Source: Promethearchaeota archaeon
GTDB lineage: Archaea > Asgardarchaeota > Thorarchaeia > Thorarchaeales > Thorarchaeaceae
Direction: 5' to 3'
Length of the DNA stretch: 57,059 nt
NCBI GenBank assembly: GCA_048937485.1
Contig: JBHLND010000001.1
Location: 1 to 57,059 of the forward strand
Shown: piece after piece, positions 1 through 8,990 of the stretch
How positions within the stretch are numbered: the stretch's first letter is position 1
Layout: each line of letters begins with the position of its first letter
The notes under the pieces: generated by a model
Told to the model about the DNA's origin: nothing
The model's input: only the letters and a program-made list of their open reading frames with translations
The model's database searches: none
Translations under genes and position numbers: made by a program

Positions 1-94
1 TCCTTTCTTCGGGATGTACAACCCCCTTAACCTCGAATATTAATTTCTCATTGGTAATAATGAAATGACTTTCAACAGGCTTAGTCATCATCAT
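1..94 (-). CDS. 5' end of an unidentified gene running off the window (MMMTKPVESHFIITNEKLIFEVKGVVHPEER...)
   Basis: Own translation of the minus strand from ATG triplets at 94/91/88. The frame stays open to the window edge. Too short to classify. Confidence 0.3.
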   Translation of the reverse strand, partial: MMMTKPVESHFIITNEKLIFEVKGVVHPEER

Positions 95-154
95 TGTTCA
101 GGTTGAATAGAATAACGCCAATATTAAAGCAGCTTCTGAACACTTCTATATCAA

Positions 155-1369
155 GTGAGCACAATAATGAAGATTCGGTCAGATTTTAACATATACGACT
201 CCAATCCAGATTTTGCCTACTTTGATTCAGCAAGCACCTCACTGGTTCCCAAAGTTGCAATTGAAACCACAGCAGATTTTCTAAGCTCAACCGTGGCATC
301 AGCACGTCGTGGAGCTCATAGTCTGGCCGTACAAGCCAGTACTCAAGTTGAGGATACACGCAACACACTTGCGTCGCTATTCGATACGGATAAGTCACAA
401 ATCTCTTTTCAGAAGTCAATACCAACCGCAGTTGCATCTTTTGCCTATGGTCATCACTCAAACCAGAAAAATCGAAACAAGATGGTTATTGCACAGAGCG
501 AAGAGAATTCAGTTCTTGTGGCTCTTCTCCGAGTGGCAGAAGTTATGAAGCTTGACGTAGTAGTGGTGCCAGTTGATTCCGAAGGAACCATTGATCTCTC
601 TTTCATGCAAAATGCGATTGATGAGAAGACCGGAATTGTTGCCGCGGGCCATGTTACCGTTGGTACTGGTACTGTAAATCCAATAGCTAAAATTGGTCAA
701 ATGGCACAAGAGAAAGGCGCATTGCTACTTACGGATGCCACTCGTTCTATCGGATTCCTTGAGTTCAATCCTGCTCAACTGGGAGCAGACATAGTTCTAT
801 GTTCTGGAAACATTGGATTACTGGGTCCACCAAGTGTTGAGATTCAGTGGATTCGTAAATCAGTTGGTGATTATCACGTGCCGGGAATTCTTGGGGGTTC
901 TGCTGTAGCAGATGTTAAACCTAGCTCCTATGAATTAGCATTTCAGCCTGACAAGTTCGAATCTGGAATGCTAAACGTTCCTGCAATAATAGGTCTTGGA
1001 GCCGCTGCAAAATACATTCAGAATCTAACTCCGCAAAAAATAGCAACCCATCTTGGAAAACTCAAAGGCTATCTTGAAGATCGACTGAACGAACTCAAAG
1101 GATTAACCATTTATGGTCCTGTCAGCAAGAAGAGTACAATCCTAGGCTTTAATGTAGGGACAGAGAACAGAATCAATTGCCATGAAGTGGCAATGTTTCT
1201 CGATGATTCAAATATAGCCGTAAGAAGCGGTCTTCTTTGTGCTCATCCCTTGATAAAGCCCATTGTAGATGATGGTCTAGTGCAAGTATCTCTTCATGCA
1301 TACAATTCATTTTCAGATATTGACCGACTTGTTGAAGCCCTTCAAACTATCATCACAGAACTACTTTGA
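155..1369 (+). CDS. Class-V aminotransferase / cysteine desulfurase (SufS/NifS)-like protein lacking the PLP-lysine motif
   Basis: 404-aa ORF with GTG at 155 or ATG at 167. SufS-like pattern: FDSASTSL, HVTVGTGTVNP, LLTDATRS and the catalytic-Cys loop RSGLLCAHP. The expected SGHK motif reads SGNI (803-814). Confidence 0.75.
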   Translation: MSTIMKIRSDFNIYDSNPDFAYFDSASTSLVPKVAIETTADFLSSTVASARRGAHSLAVQASTQVEDTRNTLASLFDTDKSQISFQKSIPTAVASFAYGHHSNQKNRNKMVIAQSEENSVLVALLRVAEVMKLDVVVVPVDSEGTIDLSFMQNAIDEKTGIVAAGHVTVGTGTVNPIAKIGQMAQEKGALLLTDATRSIGFLEFNPAQLGADIVLCSGNIGLLGPPSVEIQWIRKSVGDYHVPGILGGSAVADVKPSSYELAFQPDKFESGMLNVPAIIGLGAAAKYIQNLTPQKIATHLGKLKGYLEDRLNELKGLTIYGPVSKKSTILGFNVGTENRINCHEVAMFLDDSNIAVRSGLLCAHPLIKPIVDDGLVQVSLHAYNSFSDIDRLVEALQTIITELL

Positions 1370-1392
1370 TATTAGAAAACAGTCAGGCTTTT

Positions 1393-1641
1393 TCAACTCA
1401 AGATAAAAGCAGGAGGGAATGTAACAAAATACTGCACAATAATTGCCAGCAGAATTCCACTCATGACTAAACTCTTACCCTTCGAAGAATTGACTTCAGT
1501 AAACCAAAGTATTGCACCCACAAGAACCACTATTACTGCGGATATTCTGCCAATGAAAATCAGAAATTCCCATATCTCAGCAAAATAGGTAGCAATCAGA
1601 TTGGCAAAATCCACAAGTGGACTAAGAATTGTTCCCGACAT
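1393..1641 (-). CDS. Small two-helix membrane protein (hypothetical)
   Basis: 82-aa ORF 46 nt downstream of glmS on the same strand. Two long hydrophobic helices are separated by a basic loop (SSKGKS). Confidence 0.5.
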   Translation of the reverse strand: MSGTILSPLVDFANLIATYFAEIWEFLIFIGRISAVIVVLVGAILWFTEVNSSKGKSLVMSGILLAIIVQYFVTFPPAFILS

Positions 1642-1687
1642 TTGGATTCACACATACTGTGAATCAAGCTAGATGGATTTAAGCTCC

Positions 1688-3511
1688 TCAAAGTACCGTT
1701 ACTGACTTTGCTAAGTTACGTGGTTTATCCGGATCAAATCCCTTTCTTCTTGCCATATAATAGCTAAAGAGCTGAAGTGGAACTATATACGGCATGGTCG
1801 AAAATTCTGGCTCAACGCTTTGTGGGATGATAAAAGTGTGGTCCGATAAACCGCGGAGTTCAGTATCATTTCTTTCAATAACAGAAATAACTGAAGCTCC
1901 ACGTGCTTTCATCTCCATCATATTTCCAATCAATCGATTCCTTGTTTCATCTCTTGGGGCAATAAACACTACAGGATAGTCGTCTTGGACTAATGCAATT
2001 GGGCCATGTTTAGACTCTCCAGCTGAGTAGGCCTCAGCATGATTATATGCAATTTCTTTGAGTTTGAGGGCTCCTTCCTCTGCTGTAGCCAAAGATATCC
2101 CTCTTCCTAGGAACAGCAGACTTGGCTTGTTATACAATTCTGCGGCAAGACGACGTGCCGTTTCCTCATTTCTTGATATAACCTCAGAAACAACATCAGG
2201 TAGTTCCTGGAGAGCTCCCCTTTTCCTTTCAATAACATCCTTCGTAATATGACCTGTAATCTCTGCAGTTGCCAAGGCAATCAATGCCAACGATGTAAGT
2301 TGCACCATGAACGTCTTTGTTGCAGCGACTCCAATTTCAGGACCAGCTTGTGTAAGTACAGTATGATCAGCAATTCGAGTTATTGAACTACCCACAACGT
2401 TAGTGATTGCCACAACTTTTGTACCAAAGCCTTTTGCATACTTTACGGACATGATAGTATCAGTTGTTTCACCTGATTGTGTTATCGCTACAATACAGTC
2501 CTTTTCAGATAGTGTACCATAAACCGTATCCTGAAAATCACTTGCAAGTTCGAATGTAGGCAGAATTCCTGATAGAGAAGCAAACATATGTCGTCCAGCT
2601 AACGCAGCATGACCTGATGTTCCCATTGCTAAGAAATACACATTCTCTGCATCACTAATCAAGCGTGCTGCTTCTCCAATAGCTTCAGGTCTCAGACGAA
2701 GTGTGTTTCTAATAGCATCTGGCTGTTCATGTATCTCCTTCAGCATAAAATGAGGAAATCCGCCCTTTTGAGCCTGATCAGCTGTCCAGCTAATTTTGAT
2801 GGTTTCCCTTTCTACTATAGAATTATCAGAAAGCTTTCGGATTTCCACCCCGCCTGTACTTAATGCTGCTATCTCTCCATCTAAAAGCAGAATCATATCA
2901 TCAGTCATAGGTAGGAAGGCAGGGATATCGGAGGACACATAAGATGTACCTTCCTTTCTTCCTATTACTAGGGGATTCCCATCTCTCGTACATACTATTT
3001 TGTCAGGTTCTTTTGTAGCCATTGCCACTATCGCATAAGTTCCTTCAATCCGTTTTGTGACCTCTTTGAGAGCATCAACAAGGTTCATTCCGTCAGCCAT
3101 ACAGTCCTCAATCATATGAGGGATAACTTCAGTGTCTGTTTCAGACTCAAATTTATGCCCTTTTGAGTTCAATTCTTCCCTAAGCTCAAGAAAATTGTCA
3201 ATTACACCATTATGAACTACTGCAATCTCATCATTGCAGTCAAAATGCGGATGGGAATTATACATGGAAGGTATTCCATGAGTAGCCCATCGTGTGTGTC
3301 CAATTCCAATACTTCCATCCATCTCATCGAGGTTCAGTTTCATATGAACCTCCTCAATCTTCCCTTTATCCTTCTTCATAGACAATTTACCATTGGCGAT
3401 AGTTGTAACACCCACCGAATCATATCCTCTGTATTCAAGACGTTTCAGAGCTTGATGTAGGAAAGGTGCGACCTGCCCTCGTTTTTGTACGACACCAATA
3501 ATTCCACACAT
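1688..3511 (-). CDS. glmS: Glutamine--fructose-6-phosphate aminotransferase (isomerizing)
   Basis: N-terminal MCGIIGV (catalytic Cys must follow the initiator Met, so the start is ATG at 3511 rather than 3598). Two SIS domains and the C-terminal KSVTVL-type tail are present. Confidence 0.95.
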   Translation of the reverse strand: MCGIIGVVQKRGQVAPFLHQALKRLEYRGYDSVGVTTIANGKLSMKKDKGKIEEVHMKLNLDEMDGSIGIGHTRWATHGIPSMYNSHPHFDCNDEIAVVHNGVIDNFLELREELNSKGHKFESETDTEVIPHMIEDCMADGMNLVDALKEVTKRIEGTYAIVAMATKEPDKIVCTRDGNPLVIGRKEGTSYVSSDIPAFLPMTDDMILLLDGEIAALSTGGVEIRKLSDNSIVERETIKISWTADQAQKGGFPHFMLKEIHEQPDAIRNTLRLRPEAIGEAARLISDAENVYFLAMGTSGHAALAGRHMFASLSGILPTFELASDFQDTVYGTLSEKDCIVAITQSGETTDTIMSVKYAKGFGTKVVAITNVVGSSITRIADHTVLTQAGPEIGVAATKTFMVQLTSLALIALATAEITGHITKDVIERKRGALQELPDVVSEVISRNEETARRLAAELYNKPSLLFLGRGISLATAEEGALKLKEIAYNHAEAYSAGESKHGPIALVQDDYPVVFIAPRDETRNRLIGNMMEMKARGASVISVIERNDTELRGLSDHTFIIPQSVEPEFSTMPYIVPLQLFSYYMARRKGFDPDKPRNLAKSVTVL

Positions 3512-3598
3512 TTCTTGGAACGCCTCGGCATAGATTCGAATACCCAAGAAATGAAGCTTATACAAAAAGAGTTTGCGTCGGGACCAGAATAGTACCAA

Positions 3599-3910
3599 TT
3601 AACCCGTAAGTTCTATCTCAATGTACACTGAATCTGGGATTCGTACTCGCATAATTTGGCGAATTGCTCTTTCATCCGCATCGATATCTATCAGACGTTT
3701 GTGAACTCTCATTTCCCATTTGTCCCAAGACTCTGATCCTTGGCCACATGGCGTTTTTCGAGTTGGAATCACCATTCTGCGAGTTGGCAGTGGTATTGGA
3801 CCTGCCATACGGACACCTGTCTTGCGAGTAATCCTTCTGATTTGGTTGCATACACTATCAAGGTGTTCAGTACTGGTACTTGATAGTCGAATTCGTGCCT
3901 TTTGTGTCAT
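3599..3910 (-). CDS. rps10: 30S ribosomal protein uS10
   Basis: [11 protein letters not shown]...GPIPLPTRR...HKRLIDI is the typical S10/S20e sequence. Start taken at the internal ATG (3910). Confidence 0.9.
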   Translation of the reverse strand: MTQKARIRLSSTSTEHLDSVCNQIRRITRKTGVRMAGPIPLPTRRMVIPTRKTPCGQGSESWDKWEMRVHKRLIDIDADERAIRQIMRVRIPDSVYIEIELTG

Positions 3911-4049
3911 TTGAAGAAACAACCTCACTTGGGGGGTGTCCAAGGCAACGGAATTGGATATGGATAAAAAGGTTGTCTTGTGTTTGAAACTTTGACTGCA
4001 AACTTCTCGATGGTAATGTCCATAAGCAATTCCTTTTCAAAGTACGCAA

Positions 4050-4853
4050 ATGTCTCCATCAGGAAAGCTTGTAATTGTAAAGCTTGGTGGTTCTGTCATA
4101 ACACAAAAAGCTTCCACGCCTCCGGAAGTTGATAAGAATAACATAAGCCGAATAGCTGAGGAACTGAAAACACACGATAGCCAGCTGATTGTAATCCTCG
4201 GAGGTGGAGCTCATGGTCATCAAGCTGCTCATGCTCATGGCTATGGAAATCCAGCAACACCACCCAGTGAGCTTCTCAAAGGTATTCCTCACGTTCGACA
4301 TAACATGAGTACCCTGGCTCTGGAGGTCGAAACAATTCTGAATAATACAGGAATTCCCGGAGTTGTCATATCTCCCTTTACTGCAGTGTGGTTGAGAGAT
4401 GGAAAGATAGCAGACTTTCCTCTTGACCTAATTCAGAAATCCCTCGACTCAGATTTTGTGGTAATCTTGCATGGAGATGTATGTTTTGATACAATCAAAG
4501 GAGCATCAATCCTTAGCGGTGATACAATAGCTGTACATCTTGCCAGAGAGCTTTCCGCTGCAGCATTATATCTTGGAACAGATGTTGATGGAGTCTTTGA
4601 AGACGATCCTAACCATAATCCACAAGCAAGACTAATTCCGTTGATTAGCAACTCCAACAAGGATGAAGTTCTGAAAAGGAGCGGGCCATCTTCTGCCACT
4701 GATGTAACAGGCGGAATGGCTAAGAAGATATCAGAGTTAATCAAACTATCAAGCTCTGGTACCGACATAGCAATCTTCAATCTCACCATTCCAAATCGTC
4801 TTTCTGACCTGATATCGGGCAGACCTATTCCCTGCACCAAGATTGTTGTATAG
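4050..4853 (+). CDS. ipk: Isopentenyl phosphate kinase (amino-acid kinase family)
   Basis: IVKLGGSVIT, ILGGGAHGH, ILHGDV, LGTDVDGVF and DVTGGM motifs, collinear with archaeal IPK. Confidence 0.8.
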   Translation: MSPSGKLVIVKLGGSVITQKASTPPEVDKNNISRIAEELKTHDSQLIVILGGGAHGHQAAHAHGYGNPATPPSELLKGIPHVRHNMSTLALEVETILNNTGIPGVVISPFTAVWLRDGKIADFPLDLIQKSLDSDFVVILHGDVCFDTIKGASILSGDTIAVHLARELSAAALYLGTDVDGVFEDDPNHNPQARLIPLISNSNKDEVLKRSGPSSATDVTGGMAKKISELIKLSSSGTDIAIFNLTIPNRLSDLISGRPIPCTKIVV

Positions 4854-4887
4854 ATCTACCACTAGGAAATCCAATGCAGTAGCAACC

Positions 4888-7800
4888 TTATCCTGTAACA
4901 CTAGCAGCTGACACATATTCAGAGAAATCAAAGAGCTGAATGTTCTCCGGCATAACTATGTTGTCTTCAAGATACTCAGCTGCAGTTAACACACATACAA
5001 TTCGTTTGGATTTACATGTTCTACAAGCTACATCACTTTGGAGATGAAGCAGGGTATTTAGCTGCTGCTGGTTTGGAAAAACAACATAGGAAATACCATT
5101 CGTGCAAAGATCATAATATCCATGCCCTCTGAATACTCTGTTTACACCCTTTTTCAATTTCAATGCAAGTGCATCAACTACGCTTTCCCTAAGCTCGCCA
5201 AGGACTGCTGAGTTCAAGACCCACAAACCTTCCGTCAAATCAATGAACTCAAGATCGTCACCAACACGAACAGCCACTAGAACCTCATCTGCAAGTAATT
5301 CAGTCAGGGCACGTTTCCCCTCTTCTGCATTCATTGGTGTTGAGCGTCCTTTCAATGATTGCATTGCAGTTGTTTCGATGAATTCTAGCAAAACAGGCCA
5401 TTCCACACGCCCTTCAGAAAGATCAATGAAATCTTGGAGCAATTGAAACCAGAGGCGCATTTGTATTGCCCTGCTTGTAGCCGATCCAACTTCATGCATT
5501 GCACCAATCAAATCTACTTGCCCTGTTCCCTCAATCACTTCTCCAAGCTGTTTCTGTTCTGCATCAGGAATATCTAATTCCGATTTAGCCACAAGGTTTT
5601 CAATCATTGTATTGAGTGAGCTTGGAAATGCAGACAGTATGTTAACAGCATTGAAATCTTCTGAACTGTCCATTAGTTCACGGAGCTTTGCTGCAGCAAC
5701 ACTACCTCTCACAATGATGATCAATTCTGTGACATTATTACCCAATTGACTCATATGACCCCTTATTCGCTGCAAAGTTGAATCCATAGAAGAGGCTTTC
5801 AGATGCTCAGGAAGAATCAAGATTGCCTTATCATCAAGCAATAGATCCAAGCCACTTTCTTCATCCGGCTCTTGAAGTTCATAGCGTGTTCCGAGCCGAC
5901 TTGTGATATACTCTGAAATGGCAGTCCTAACAGCAGGAAGACCTCGACCAGGTAATGTAAACACAAACCCTCCTGGCACCAGAGATAGTGCTTCTCTCTC
6001 AATTGTTCCAAGAGAAACCAAGTCACGAATAACTTCGTTAAAATCTTCATCATCTATCCTGGAATCAATTGTAGCCAAGAGCCTATGGATTTCCCCTTGT
6101 GTTGCCATACTTCTTGATGCAAGAAAGGCAACAACATGAGTACCAAGCTCACCGAACCTATCAAAGACTGTACCCTTCTTTTCTATTGGAATTACTTTGT
6201 CAACTCCAACAATAGAGTCCTCTGCTGAATCAGTCTGTTCCGCTGAAATCCGAACTTCAGATTCCTTTCTTGAAATCTTAGATGCAACAGATTGTCCAGC
6301 CATTACAATCTCCGCCAAAGGAGCCGATTCAAATGGACGTGTTGCCATTTCGAAGGTTTCAGTACCCGGCATTACTATCAATGCCCGGCCTCGTTTGAGT
6401 GTCCGAAGATAACGCTCCTGAACCTCTTCAAGAGACATAAACCTACCACCAATGCTACTATCATATGGAAGTCTGAATGTGATTTTGGTTGAAGTATTTG
6501 CTAGTATATTCGAAGAAATGTTAGGCCTAGTAGAAATAACTATCACTCCTTGGCCTGTTGCACGCAACAGCATAACCATTGATTCTCCTGTTGTAACATC
6601 TGCAGCAGTGTGTCGAGAATAACTCTCAGGAACCAAATTACTTGCTTCCTCTAAAACAACAAGATGTTGAAGTTCCGGTGTAATACCACGGTATAGTGCA
6701 AAATCGAATATCCGTTTAGCAACAAGATTGTACAGTATCCTTGCTGCCTCCATACCCCCAACCATTGCCACATGATGAAGATCGAATATTACGCGTTTTC
6801 CCATCAATTCAGAAATTCTGACGGCATTTTGTCCTCCTCTAAGAATCGACCCAAGAGGTTCCCGAGAAAGAATCTCCAATCGATTGAGCAAGGCATCTCT
6901 AGTCATATTACCCATTCTATCATCACTGGCTACCTCAACAATTCTCTGAACTAATGCTTGAATAGAGTTTTCATGATCTTTTGATTTAGCTACATCCAAT
7001 ACTGCAGTACGAAGCATCCTTTCCATGGCTGGTGTGAGCTCGGACGAAGTATTCCTTTCTTTTAACAGCTCTTTCAGAATAGCAAATGTAGTATGTGCAT
7101 GTTTCTCATCTAAATCTACTTCAGAATCCATTAAGTCAATCACAAAAGAAGGATCAAGCCCTGGACGAAGAATAACCACATCATCACATACATTGACCAA
7201 ATTCAGATACTCTGAACCTTTCACATCAAAAATCCACCAAGGGACCTCCGATTTGGTGCTTAATTCTCTTACAAGATGCTTAACAAGTGTAGTCTTCCCA
7301 GTTCCGGTAGCACCAAGTACAGCTACATGTTCTCGCAACCATTCAATATCCAATCCTACATCAATTAACTCTCGTCCTCCAAAGACAGCTTTTCCGATGA
7401 CCAGTTCATTATCAACCTGTTCCTTTGATGGAATAGCAAAAGAAGGTACGGGTGCAGATGCAATTACTGGCAACTGTTGAACTGGTGTATTAACAAAAGC
7501 GGCAAGTCTACTCACGTGCATTCTTCTTGGGCGAAGATGCCGTCTCATGAGCAATCTATAGCTAGTCCTTCGATTCATCCCTTTTGACTTAAGTTCTATA
7601 GTTCCTTCTCCTCCCCAGACCGAGTAAACCAACCCAGACAGACCCTCCTGATATTCCTGAAGCATGTCTAAGGTATTTGCTCTGACTACTAGGGTAACTG
7701 TGACATTAAACCAGGTATCCTTTCCTTGAATCTTCTCGTAGTGCCACAAGAGCTGTTTCTTGGCAGCTTGGTCAGCCAGTGAATCTTCACTTCTCTTTTC

Positions 7801-8829
7801 TTTTTCACGTATCGATTTCCATTTTCCTTCGAGCTTTCGTCGCTCTTTACCTGGCTTTGCTTTTGAGAAGACACAAGTTAAATTCGCTGAGTAACCTTGT
7901 TTCAGTACGGTAGAAATGAATGTACCAACCTGTGAAGAGTCAAGTGATGGCATGACACGAGGATCCCCATCAATGACAAACAAGGCATGATGCTCAAGTG
8001 GCTCTTCAGATACAGTATCATCCTTCCCAAATATAACTGGTTTCAGGTACGAAAACACTACATTCCTCAGTTCCAATCCACTCAGTTGTCGCAATTCCAC
8101 ATTATTAAGAGATGCCAAAAGTATTGCCTCAGTTCTAGTAGCTTCTCTTCTAAGTGTACCTGCAATCTGATTCAGATTTCTCCCTGAAGCAGTTATGAAG
8201 ATACGAAGAAATGGCTCCTCATTTTGTACACCAATCTCATAAGCCATTGTAACTCGATTATCCATTCCAGCTCGTAGTGCCAGAAGAAAAGTAGTATCAT
8301 ATTCAGGATGTTCTCTCTCGCTATACCGTACTGAACCTGGGGCTGAGATTATTTCCAAACAACTGGTTCCAATCAACCGATTGTTGGATCTAAGAACTAC
8401 CATATCCTCGTTAACAGATACAGAGATTCCACTATAACGCAATCTATCCAATGTGAGAAGCGCTGAAGTACCCATTATAACTCCACATACTAAGAACTCA
8501 ACTACGAATTTGAATGGAAATGGCACCGGCTGTATAAGTCGAGCAAGAGGGAGCAAATAAACGACAAACAGGTAAAGAACGCCTGACACAGTACTAAGGA
8601 TCCAAGACACCTCAACTATTCGCCAAATGCCGGCACGAGATATACTAGTGACCAAGCCCGAATGGCTTCCTTTTCCTGTTTCCCGTATAGACATAGTTAT
8701 CGCACCAATCCCGAAGACCGACTGCACGAGTGGCATCAGAACTAAGCTCTGGTCCTTGCTAGCACATATGAACTCCCCCAGATTGTGTTTCAACTTCTTT
8801 TTCCTAGGAATTTCTACAGTAGAGCTCAA
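4888..8829 (-). CDS. Membrane-anchored HerA/FtsK-superfamily (DUF87-type) P-loop ATPase with a long C-terminal extension
   Basis: 1313-aa ORF. Hydrophobic helices lie at about aa 30-125. Walker A is LGATGTGKTT (aa 505-513, nt 7291-7317) and Walker B is HLVVLEEASNL (about aa 722-731). About 460 aa follow the ATPase core. Confidence 0.75.
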   Translation of the reverse strand: MSSTVEIPRKKKLKHNLGEFICASKDQSLVLMPLVQSVFGIGAITMSIRETGKGSHSGLVTSISRAGIWRIVEVSWILSTVSGVLYLFVVYLLPLARLIQPVPFPFKFVVEFLVCGVIMGTSALLTLDRLRYSGISVSVNEDMVVLRSNNRLIGTSCLEIISAPGSVRYSEREHPEYDTTFLLALRAGMDNRVTMAYEIGVQNEEPFLRIFITASGRNLNQIAGTLRREATRTEAILLASLNNVELRQLSGLELRNVVFSYLKPVIFGKDDTVSEEPLEHHALFVIDGDPRVMPSLDSSQVGTFISTVLKQGYSANLTCVFSKAKPGKERRKLEGKWKSIREKEKRSEDSLADQAAKKQLLWHYEKIQGKDTWFNVTVTLVVRANTLDMLQEYQEGLSGLVYSVWGGEGTIELKSKGMNRRTSYRLLMRRHLRPRRMHVSRLAAFVNTPVQQLPVIASAPVPSFAIPSKEQVDNELVIGKAVFGGRELIDVGLDIEWLREHVAVLGATGTGKTTLVKHLVRELSTKSEVPWWIFDVKGSEYLNLVNVCDDVVILRPGLDPSFVIDLMDSEVDLDEKHAHTTFAILKELLKERNTSSELTPAMERMLRTAVLDVAKSKDHENSIQALVQRIVEVASDDRMGNMTRDALLNRLEILSREPLGSILRGGQNAVRISELMGKRVIFDLHHVAMVGGMEAARILYNLVAKRIFDFALYRGITPELQHLVVLEEASNLVPESYSRHTAADVTTGESMVMLLRATGQGVIVISTRPNISSNILANTSTKITFRLPYDSSIGGRFMSLEEVQERYLRTLKRGRALIVMPGTETFEMATRPFESAPLAEIVMAGQSVASKISRKESEVRISAEQTDSAEDSIVGVDKVIPIEKKGTVFDRFGELGTHVVAFLASRSMATQGEIHRLLATIDSRIDDEDFNEVIRDLVSLGTIEREALSLVPGGFVFTLPGRGLPAVRTAISEYITSRLGTRYELQEPDEESGLDLLLDDKAILILPEHLKASSMDSTLQRIRGHMSQLGNNVTELIIIVRGSVAAAKLRELMDSSEDFNAVNILSAFPSSLNTMIENLVAKSELDIPDAEQKQLGEVIEGTGQVDLIGAMHEVGSATSRAIQMRLWFQLLQDFIDLSEGRVEWPVLLEFIETTAMQSLKGRSTPMNAEEGKRALTELLADEVLVAVRVGDDLEFIDLTEGLWVLNSAVLGELRESVVDALALKLKKGVNRVFRGHGYYDLCTNGISYVVFPNQQQLNTLLHLQSDVACRTCKSKRIVCVLTAAEYLEDNIVMPENIQLFDFSEYVSAASVTG

Positions 8830-8990
8830 TGATGTCTATGATACGGCTTGTAGGAGATTAAAAACCAAGATGTAGACTCACATTGGGAACTTGATGAACC
8901 TACTCTCAGTATCCCAAAGCATACTGCTGGTAATCACGTTTCTATCTTAACAATAATGAATTAGTGCAAGCAAGCTGCGAGGTATGTTTC

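Noticed and set aside
1688-3598. 29-codon N-terminal extension of glmS (ORF opens at 3598)
   Set aside because: GlmS needs Cys as the first residue after the initiator Met (MCGIIG), so the start is 3511.
7025-7480. 151-aa + strand ORF inside the giant ATPase gene
   Set aside because: It is antisense to the Walker A region of a clearly coding 1313-aa ORF, and its product is Ser-rich.
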